Shown here piece by piece: positions 15,272 through 22,288 of a stretch of DNA of 22,288 bases (positions are counted from its first letter, which is position 1; each line of letters begins with the position of its first letter). The notes beneath the pieces are model-generated. The model had not been told where the DNA came from. It did no database searches and saw only the letters and a list, made by a program, of their open reading frames with translations. The position numbers were made by a program, and so were the translations under genes. The DNA lies in NCBI GenBank assembly GCA_037444665.1, contig JBBILZ010000041.1:1-22288 (forward strand). Direction: 5' to 3'. This stretch comes from a candidate division WOR-3 bacterium. Its GTDB lineage: Bacteria > Hydrothermota > Tepidihabitantia > SM23-42 > JAOAFX01.

Positions 15272-17170
15272 GTGCCATATACACAGAAATTTGATATTAT
15301 CGTTGTTGGTGGCGGACATGCCGGCATTGAGGCAAGCCTTGTGTGTGCCCGATGTGGTCTTCATACTTTGCTTATTTCTTTGAGTATAGATAATATAGGT
15401 CAGATGTCCTGTAACCCTTCAATTGGAGGCCTGGCAAAAGGGCATCTGGTAAAGGAAGTTGATGCACTTGGTGGCGAAATAGGGTTCCTTGCTGATAAGA
15501 CTGCAGTGCAATTTCGCATGCTCAATCGTTCAAAAGGTCCTGCAGTCTGGTCACCGAGAACACAAAATGACCGACGTCTATATAAAGAAGAGGTATTAAA
15601 ATCCCTTAGTTCACAGGAGAATATTATCATAAAACAGGAAGAGGTCACAGAAATCTTGACTGAACATAATACTGCTATTGGTGTGCGGACAAACATCGGC
15701 AATGAATATCTTTGTCAGGCAATTATCCTGACCACTGGAACATTTTTGAATGGTTTAATGCATATTGGACTTGAAACTCTGCCTGGTGGAAGATTGGGTG
15801 AAGCAAAAGCCGGAGCACTGAGTGAATCATTGAGAAAGAGCGGTTTTTCATTAGGTAGATTAAAGACCGGTACATCACCAAGGGTTGCAAAACAGAGCGT
15901 TGATATTACAAAGATGCAAATTCAGAACGGTGACGAGCCACCAGAGCCATTCTCTTATCGGACTGCACATCTCAAAATAAAACAATTACCCTGTTATATC
16001 ACCAGGACAAATCAAAATACCCACAACATCATTCAGAAGAATCTTGACCGTTCTCCACTCTATACCGGTCGTATCACAGGTATAGGTCCGCGATATTGCC
16101 CCTCCATTGAGACCAAAGTTATCAGATTTGCTGAACGCAATTCCCATATCATATTTGTTGAACCGGAGGGCTATGACTCTGGTGAATATTACTTAAATGG
16201 TCTTTCTACATCCCTGCCTTATGATGTTCAGGTAGATATGCTACATACAATAGATGGATTGGAAAATGCAGTTATCACCAGGCCCGGCTATGCAGTAGAA
16301 TACGATTTTGTCTATCCCATTCAGTTATATCCTACACTTGAAACAAAAATATTAAAAAATCTTTATTGTGCAGGTCAGATAAATGGAACATCTGGTTATG
16401 AAGAGGCATCTGCCCAGGGCTTTATAGCAGGTATTAATGCAGTTTTAAAATTACAACAGAGAGAGCCTTTTGTGTTGCAGAGGTATGAGGCGTATATTGG
16501 TGTTTTGATAGATGACCTTGTGACAAAGAATACATTAGAGCCTTATCGAATGTTCACTTCACTGGCAGAACACCGATTAATTTTGAGGATTGACAATGTG
16601 TATGACCGTCTTATGCATTATGGGGTGAATTTTGGTCTGGTCTCAGAAGCAGTTTTTAAAGAGTTTAACAATATCAGACAGACGATTGATACGGCAATAG
16701 AAAAATTGAGAACGACCATTGTTAAACCTGAACAGATCAATCCTGTTATAAAGAGTAAAGGTGAATTAAGTTTAAATGCAGAATCAGGTGGTGTGAGCCT
16801 TTTCCAGATATTGAAGCGTCCCAATATCAAATGGGCAGATATTAAAAGTTTTGTAAATTCAAATATCCCGGATACTATTGGATTCAGAACAGAAATTGAG
16901 GTAAAATACGAAGGATATATACAACGCGAACAGGAAATGATAGAAAAACTTAAGAGATTAGAAAATGAAAAGATTCCTGAAGATTTTGATTTCAATAAAG
17001 TGAAGGGTCTTTCTAATGAGGCGAAGAGCAAACTTACTGAAGTAAAGCCGAAGAATCTTGACCAGGTTTCAAGGATACAGGGGATAAGTCCAGTAGATAT
17101 ATTGTTACTTCTGATGCATCTCAAACATTTTGCTGAACATAAAAATAAAGATGATGGACGAGATTATTAA
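15272..17170 (+). CDS. mnmG: tRNA uridine-5-carboxymethylaminomethyl(34) synthesis enzyme MnmG (GidA)
   Basis: FAD motif 'IIVVGGGHAG', 'MSCNPSIGGLAKG', 'RLKTGT', 'GPRYCPSIE', 'GYAVEYD', 'AGQINGTSGYEE', 'KYEGYI'. GTG at 15272 is preferred over TTG at 15257, which lies within the promoter. Confidence 0.97.
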   Translation: MPYTQKFDIIVVGGGHAGIEASLVCARCGLHTLLISLSIDNIGQMSCNPSIGGLAKGHLVKEVDALGGEIGFLADKTAVQFRMLNRSKGPAVWSPRTQNDRRLYKEEVLKSLSSQENIIIKQEEVTEILTEHNTAIGVRTNIGNEYLCQAIILTTGTFLNGLMHIGLETLPGGRLGEAKAGALSESLRKSGFSLGRLKTGTSPRVAKQSVDITKMQIQNGDEPPEPFSYRTAHLKIKQLPCYITRTNQNTHNIIQKNLDRSPLYTGRITGIGPRYCPSIETKVIRFAERNSHIIFVEPEGYDSGEYYLNGLSTSLPYDVQVDMLHTIDGLENAVITRPGYAVEYDFVYPIQLYPTLETKILKNLYCAGQINGTSGYEEASAQGFIAGINAVLKLQQREPFVLQRYEAYIGVLIDDLVTKNTLEPYRMFTSLAEHRLILRIDNVYDRLMHYGVNFGLVSEAVFKEFNNIRQTIDTAIEKLRTTIVKPEQINPVIKSKGELSLNAESGGVSLFQILKRPNIKWADIKSFVNSNIPDTIGFRTEIEVKYEGYIQREQEMIEKLKRLENEKIPEDFDFNKVKGLSNEAKSKLTEVKPKNLDQVSRIQGISPVDILLLLMHLKHFAEHKNKDDGRDY

Positions 17171-18203
17171 ATTTTTGACGACAAAGATGGTGGTAGAAAG
17201 TGTGGTATCAAATATGTCTGGCGTTTTGATAAAAGGAAAATTGTATGAACCCATTGAGCAGACAATCAAAGAGATTAAAGAATATACCGCACAATATGGC
17301 TATACGCCATTTTTTAATAAAGATGGTAATTATCACACAGTTTTACTGACATTGATTCCCAGAATTTATGATAAACCAAAGGTCTGGTTAAATGTCTTGT
17401 TATTTGTCCTGACCATCTTCACAACATTGCTTGCTGGCGCATTTAATAGTGGAGCCAATCCATTTGAAAAATTTTCTGATATCCTAATAGGAATACCTTT
17501 TTCTTTTTCGCTTATGGCAATCCTTACCTGCCATGAACTCGGGCATTATTTTGTTTCTAAGAAACAGGGGATGGTCACAACTTTACCATATTTTATTCCT
17601 GTACCATTCCACTTTCTTGGAACATTCGGAGCAATCATAAAGATGAAGTCTATTGTGCCTTCAAGAAAAGCACTCTTAAAAGTTGGAATGGCTGGTCCAA
17701 TCTGTGGTTTTCTGGTGGCATTTGTAGTTTCAATAATCGGTATTGCACTTTCTGAAGTAAGAATAACAGCATCAAGTGGTTCTTATTTAAAACTCGGTGA
17801 TTCTATTCTATTTTATGTTCTGGGAAAAATTATTCATCCATCAATACCTGCAGGTGCAGATATATTTTTACATCCTATGGCATTCGCTGGCTGGATTGGA
17901 TTTTTGGTTACATCAATGAATCTGATACCTATTGGCCAACTTGATGGTGGACATATTGCATATAGCATATTGTTAAAAAAACAGAAGATGCTATATATAC
18001 CAGTAATTTTATTGCTCATCGGATTTGGAATCCTCTGGCAGGGTTGGATTATCTGGGGTTTCCTTGCATTTATCCTTACACGTAAAGAACCTCTAATACA
18101 GGATACTCTAACTCCTTTGTCAAAAAAAGAAAAATTTTATGCATTATTACCATTGATTGTTTTAATACTCACTTTCATCCCACAGCCGTTCGCAATTCTT
18201 TAA
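17151..18203 (+). CDS. Site-2 protease family (M50) intramembrane zinc metalloprotease
   Basis: 'HELGHY', 'PYFIP..GTFGA', 'MAGP', 'NLIPIGQLDGGH', and multiple TM segments. ATG at 17151 overlaps the mnmG end and the start is uncertain. Confidence 0.92.
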   Translation: MMDEIIKFLTTKMVVESVVSNMSGVLIKGKLYEPIEQTIKEIKEYTAQYGYTPFFNKDGNYHTVLLTLIPRIYDKPKVWLNVLLFVLTIFTTLLAGAFNSGANPFEKFSDILIGIPFSFSLMAILTCHELGHYFVSKKQGMVTTLPYFIPVPFHFLGTFGAIIKMKSIVPSRKALLKVGMAGPICGFLVAFVVSIIGIALSEVRITASSGSYLKLGDSILFYVLGKIIHPSIPAGADIFLHPMAFAGWIGFLVTSMNLIPIGQLDGGHIAYSILLKKQKMLYIPVILLLIGFGILWQGWIIWGFLAFILTRKEPLIQDTLTPLSKKEKFYALLPLIVLILTFIPQPFAIL

Positions 18204-18225
18204 ATAACTGATTTATTTAATATAA

Positions 18226-19602
18226 TCAGAGTTTTTTTATTCCGAATTTTTTTATTTTTCTAAACAGTGTGCTTCGGTCAATACCGAGTAATTTTGCTGC
18301 TTTGGTAAAATGCCAGTCAGTCTGGTTTAAGGCATTGATGATAATATCCCGCTCCATATCACCACGGGCAACTTTGAATTGTAGTTTTTCCGCTGTTTCT
18401 TTTTCTAACAATCTATTTATATCCTCCATCTCAATGATTTGATTATTAACAAATATGGTCAGTTTTTCCATCAAATGTTTTAATTCGCGCACATTTCCCT
18501 GCCATTGCTGGATATGCAAAAAATCTTTTGCTTTATCAGAAAGGACTTTGATAGGTAGATTATTATTAATACAACTTTCTTTTAAAAAATGTTCAGCAAG
18601 GATGATTATATCTTCTTTTCTTTTTCGTAGGGGTGGAACTTCAATGGTCAGAACATTTATGCGATGATAAAGGTCAGAACGAAATTTTTTTGCTTTGACC
18701 AGTTCTTTCAGATTCTGATTAGTGGCAGTAATTATACGAACATCAATCTTAATCGGTTTTACTCCGCCCAATCTTAGAATTTCATTCTCTTCAATTGCCC
18801 TTAAAACCTTTGATTGAGCAGACAAACTCATATCACCAATTTCATCAAGGAATAGTGTTCCCGTATTGGCGAGTTCAAATTGCCCCAATTTACGCTGATG
18901 GGCACCAGTAAATGCACCTTTTTCATAGCCAAAGAGTTCACTTTCAATCAGTTCACCGGGTAAGGCAGCACAATTTATCTTGATAAATGGTCGGCCTGCA
19001 CGCTGGCTCTTAAAATGGATATTTCTTGCCACGAGCTCTTTGCCCGTGCCAGTTTCGCCTAAAATCAAGACTGTTCCATCAGTTTGTGCTACTTTTTCAA
19101 TCATTGCAATTACTGATTTTATTTGCGGTGATTCTCCGATAATCTTATATTCTTTCAGCATCTCATCGCGTAATTGGTTTCGCTGTCGCTTAAACTCTGT
19201 TTTTTCTAAATAATTTTTGATAATGGTGAGGATACGGTCGGTCTCAAGTGGTTTTTCAATAAAATCATCAGCACCATTTTTTAATGCTTCAACAGCAAGA
19301 GAAACAGTGCCAAATGCAGAGATCATAATAACACCTATTTCTGTATTAATTTCTTTAATCCTTTTCAGAACAGTGAGACCATCAATGTCAGGCAGTTTCA
19401 TATCAAGTAAGAGCAAATCAAAGTCATTCTTCTGAACTTTTCTTAAAGCATCATAACCATTAAGCACAAAATCAACACTATATCCTTCACCTTCAAGGAT
19501 ATCTTTCAATATCTCACAGATTTTTCTCTCATCGTCCACAATCAAGATTTGGGTTCTGGAAATTAATTCCTGATGCGTAGATTTTTCAGACCCTGTGTTC
19601 AT
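18226..19602 (-). CDS. NtrC-family sigma54-dependent response regulator (REC-AAA+-Fis HTH)
   Basis: REC 'ILIVDDE..LLDMKLP..ISAFG..FIEKP', Walker A 'GETGTGKE', 'ESELFGYEKGAFTGA', Walker B 'LFLDEI', 'GNVREL', HTH 'AAKLLGIDRSTLFRK'. SD GGAGG lies inside the kinase gene. Confidence 0.96.
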   Translation of the reverse strand: MNTGSEKSTHQELISRTQILIVDDERKICEILKDILEGEGYSVDFVLNGYDALRKVQKNDFDLLLLDMKLPDIDGLTVLKRIKEINTEIGVIMISAFGTVSLAVEALKNGADDFIEKPLETDRILTIIKNYLEKTEFKRQRNQLRDEMLKEYKIIGESPQIKSVIAMIEKVAQTDGTVLILGETGTGKELVARNIHFKSQRAGRPFIKINCAALPGELIESELFGYEKGAFTGAHQRKLGQFELANTGTLFLDEIGDMSLSAQSKVLRAIEENEILRLGGVKPIKIDVRIITATNQNLKELVKAKKFRSDLYHRINVLTIEVPPLRKRKEDIIILAEHFLKESCINNNLPIKVLSDKAKDFLHIQQWQGNVRELKHLMEKLTIFVNNQIIEMEDINRLLEKETAEKLQFKVARGDMERDIIINALNQTDWHFTKAAKLLGIDRSTLFRKIKKFGIKKL

Positions 19603-22081
19603 TGTTTGCCTCCTGTTGTGCGGGTAATAGCACAGTCACCACTGTGCCAATACCTTTTTTACTGGTAATCTCAATCTTACCCCTATGCATATCTATAATC
19701 CGAAACGCAATCACCAGACCCAAACCAGTCCCACTCTTCTTGGTTGACCAGAACGGCTTGAAAAGATTACTCAACTCCTCCTCAGACATACCCTCACCCG
19801 TATCCTCAACCCTCACCTCCACAAACTTATGGATCTTTTTATTTGTTTCGGCACTTTGATAGTTATTTTTGGCCTGGATACTATTAGACTCCTGAGCCTT
19901 ATTTTTTGTATTGATATAATCATTGATGGTTTCAGTCAGATTGGTTCTTATGGTGAGGACACCTTTGTTACCCATTGCCTCAAATGCATTTTCAATAATA
20001 TTTGAAAAGGCAGTGTTAATTTGACTTTCATCACAATAGATGAACGGTAGGTCAGGGGTATAGAATTTCTGTAATTTAATACCCCGGGGTTTGGTCAACT
20101 GGTGTCGGTTGAGCACTTTATCCAGTAATTCATTGATATTTACAGGCATAATATTCGGTTTTTCTAAGGAGAGGATGCGCATAAATTTGTCCACGGTCTC
20201 CCGCAGCCGGACGACCTCTTCCAGGGCTGAATCAGTATATTTGTCAATGGTCTCACTTGATTTACCAAGTTTTTCTTGACATATGCTTTGAATCCTCTGC
20301 AGTGTTAGATTTATTGTAGAGAGTGGGTTTTTAATCTCGTGTGCCAATTTCTGGGCAAAACCTGCCCAGGAAATAATAGTTTCAGCCATTATTGTAATTG
20401 TTTTATCAGTCAGAGCGATTACATTTAAACCGGCGATAGGAAAGAAATTAATTTCAAATTTTCTGTCGCCAATCATAAAGTCAGGAATCTTTGTCTTCTC
20501 TTTTAATTTTAGTTTCTCTGCAATAATGGGGTTTTTCAGTAATAGGTCAATATTATCTGTAGAACCTTCAAACAATGCCACACATTTATGATTCATATAG
20601 ATTGGTTTATTTTTTTTATTCAAAATAAAGCAGGCTATTGGAGCATTGTCAACTATCATACGGACAATTCGTTTGTGCCGTATAAGGTCTACAAGTAGAA
20701 AGATAATGATAATAAAAAAAGTTAGTGATACCAGTAAAAGAATATGTTCTATTAACTTTGAATCTAAACCTGAAATTTGATTTATTTTGTATAATCCTAT
20801 CCTTCTTTTATCCAGACCAACAACGATTTTATACTGCTTAGCATCTTTAACAATCTGGAATAAATGGTTGTAATATCCAACGGTCAATTGAGTATAACCG
20901 ATGATATCAAGTTTCTCGTCTATGATTGTGAGTTTTGCATCAGCAGTATTTAATAAAATTTCAAATGTGCCACTGTTGTCAAAATCAAAACAGGTTAAAA
21001 GATAAATACCTGTAGCAAATTTTTTTGTTGCTGTAATTTCAAGATTGGCATTAAAAATACGCAATACACCATCTGTATTTCCTGTAATAATGTCAAGATT
21101 GCCATCACGGTTATAATCACATACTGCCATACCCATAAATCTTTCGCCAGTTCTTATATATTTTTTAATTTCACCAGTTTGGGCATCCAATATTGATAGC
21201 ATGTTTGGTTCTTTTTTGTCACCTGCTCCCTCAATTTCGCACACAACTATCTCCATATTACCATCTTTATCTATATCAACTGGCCATAATTCTGTCCAGG
21301 TGAAAGTGCCATGCATCTGTTTTTTCCATTTTAATTTACCATCAAGTCCAAGGACAATAACCCAGGAATGTGCATCATCTATTCCGTTTGCTATTGCGCC
21401 GTTTGCGACTGCAAGCGTACCTAACACGATTTCATCTTTCTGGTCATTATCTACATCAATTATGTATACTGATGAATATGATGGGTTTGCTCCCATCCAG
21501 TAGTGCCAGAGTTCTTTATTATTTTTATAATCGTAAACAAAAACACCGCGCGGATATAGGTCAAAACCAGTTGCCACAAAACAGATTAGGTCTTCATCAC
21601 CATCACCATTAACATCTGCATTAATAGTGCGGTAAATATAAGTATCATAGCCTCGCACACCCACATTGCGAATATCTTTTCCTGTATAAGCATTAAATAT
21701 GCGACGAGTGCCATCCTTGCCCCAGATAAATAATTGGGATGTATCGCCATTCACAATGCTAAGCACGACTTCTTTGTTACTTGTTCTGGTATCCAATTGA
21801 AATGCACCAACAGGATAAACCTGTGCTTTTTCACCGGCAGTATATTGCATAATAAAGGAGCCAGTTTGGCTTTTTAGATAGCAATAATTGTCTTTACACT
21901 CAAGTAATTCGTCAATACCATCATCATTAATATCAACGGGCATTAACCAATCTGCATTGGATTCATAAACAGGAGTGAATTCCCAGGAATGTTTTTCATG
22001 GGCTTCAGCGAAAGCAAAGAATACACAGATATAGACATTAATGAATATGAATAAACGGTGTGGTATAGATTTGTAATTCAT
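19586..22081 (-). CDS. Membrane sensor histidine kinase with extracytoplasmic FG-GAP/VCBS-type beta-propeller, TM helix, PAS-like linker, HisKA and HATPase_c
   Basis: Signal-like N-terminus and six DxDxDG-like repeats. TM 'ILLLVSLTFFIIIIFLLV' (~20690-20745). H-box 'LAHEIKNPL', N-box 'NIIENAFEAM', G1 'DTGEG', F/G2 '[16 protein letters not shown]'. Confidence 0.93.
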   Translation of the reverse strand: MNYKSIPHRLFIFINVYICVFFAFAEAHEKHSWEFTPVYESNADWLMPVDINDDGIDELLECKDNYCYLKSQTGSFIMQYTAGEKAQVYPVGAFQLDTRTSNKEVVLSIVNGDTSQLFIWGKDGTRRIFNAYTGKDIRNVGVRGYDTYIYRTINADVNGDGDEDLICFVATGFDLYPRGVFVYDYKNNKELWHYWMGANPSYSSVYIIDVDNDQKDEIVLGTLAVANGAIANGIDDAHSWVIVLGLDGKLKWKKQMHGTFTWTELWPVDIDKDGNMEIVVCEIEGAGDKKEPNMLSILDAQTGEIKKYIRTGERFMGMAVCDYNRDGNLDIITGNTDGVLRIFNANLEITATKKFATGIYLLTCFDFDNSGTFEILLNTADAKLTIIDEKLDIIGYTQLTVGYYNHLFQIVKDAKQYKIVVGLDKRRIGLYKINQISGLDSKLIEHILLLVSLTFFIIIIFLLVDLIRHKRIVRMIVDNAPIACFILNKKNKPIYMNHKCVALFEGSTDNIDLLLKNPIIAEKLKLKEKTKIPDFMIGDRKFEINFFPIAGLNVIALTDKTITIMAETIISWAGFAQKLAHEIKNPLSTINLTLQRIQSICQEKLGKSSETIDKYTDSALEEVVRLRETVDKFMRILSLEKPNIMPVNINELLDKVLNRHQLTKPRGIKLQKFYTPDLPFIYCDESQINTAFSNIIENAFEAMGNKGVLTIRTNLTETINDYINTKNKAQESNSIQAKNNYQSAETNKKIHKFVEVRVEDTGEGMSEEELSNLFKPFWSTKKSGTGLGLVIAFRIIDMHRGKIEITSKKGIGTVVTVLLPAQQEANNEHRV
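19615..19741. repeat. 127-bp exact direct repeat, copy A (kinase 3' end)
   Basis: Identical to 22162-22288 (offset 2547). Confidence 0.95.
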
Positions 22082-22149
22082 ATTAATTGATTTACTAAAT
22101 AATTTAAGCAGAAAATTCCAATCAGTACTTGTTGTTTAATACTTGCCAT
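22078..22149 (-). CDS. Possible 23-aa mini-ORF ([23 protein letters not shown]) bridging the two kinase genes
   Basis: ATG at 22149 overlaps the end of the upstream kinase. Its TGA overlaps the downstream kinase ATG as ATGA. No clear SD. Confidence 0.3.
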   Translation of the reverse strand: MASIKQQVLIGIFCLNYLVNQLI

Positions 22150-22288
22150 TGTTTGTCTCTGGTTGTGCGGGTAATAGCACAGTCACCACTGTGCCAATAC
22201 CTTTTTTACTGGTAATCTCAATCTTACCCCTATGCATATCTATAATCCGAAACGCAATCACCAGACCCAAACCAGTCCCACTCTTCTT
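22136..22288 (-). CDS. 3' end of a second, paralogous histidine kinase (partial; extends beyond the window)
   Basis: Reads [50 protein letters not shown] with TAA at 22138-22136. Confidence 0.85.
   Translation of the reverse strand, partial: KKSGTGLGLVIAFRIIDMHRGKIEITSKKGIGTVVTVLLPAQPETNNGKY
22162..22288. repeat. 127-bp exact direct repeat, copy B (truncated by window end)
   Basis: Identical to 19615-19741. Imperfect similarity continues to 22147 vs 19600 (CATTGTTTG). Confidence 0.95.

Noticed and set aside
15045..15284. 79-aa minus-strand ORF
   Set aside because: It overlaps the mnmG promoter and start and runs through the REP element ('VVARFIG' is the translated REP). It has no recognisable motif.
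18200..18220. Hairpin TTAAATAA-ctgat-TTATTTAA between convergent genes as a bidirectional terminator
   Set aside because: The stem is A/T only and too weak to support a terminator call.
1251..21612. Numerous 60-168 aa antisense or alternate-frame ORFs in the ORF track
   Set aside because: They are shadows overlapping well-supported genes and have no recognisable motifs.
19615..22288. The 127-bp repeat as a DGR template/variable repeat pair
   Set aside because: The copies are identical with no adenine-specific mismatches, both encode a conserved kinase core, and there is no reverse transcriptase in the window.

Overview
AT-rich bacterial chromosomal segment. The gene content and the several Por/T9SS-type C-terminal sorting domains suggest an FCB-affiliated candidate lineage such as WOR-3, but this is inference only. 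In order, it contains: an RRM RNA-binding protein; a TMTC-like GT-C/TPR membrane glycosyltransferase; a tightly coupled rpsO-pnp-M16 peptidase-B12 radical SAM-truD operon; three secreted proteins with C-terminal sorting domains (unknown beta-rich protein, M14 carboxypeptidase, CocE/NonD hydrolase); a SEC-C motif protein; mnmG plus an M50 protease; and, on the minus strand, a sigma54-type response regulator driven by an FG-GAP beta-propeller histidine kinase. pnp is split by an apparent ~35-nt microhomology deletion. At the window edge lies the 3' end of a second kinase that is nucleotide-identical to the first over 127 bp and is linked to it by a 23-codon overlapping mini-ORF. Non-coding highlights are five sigma70-type promoters that all have 16-bp spacers (three apparently leaderless), two GTAG-type REP hairpins, and heptamer repeats plus a palindrome inserted in-frame in a sorting domain.
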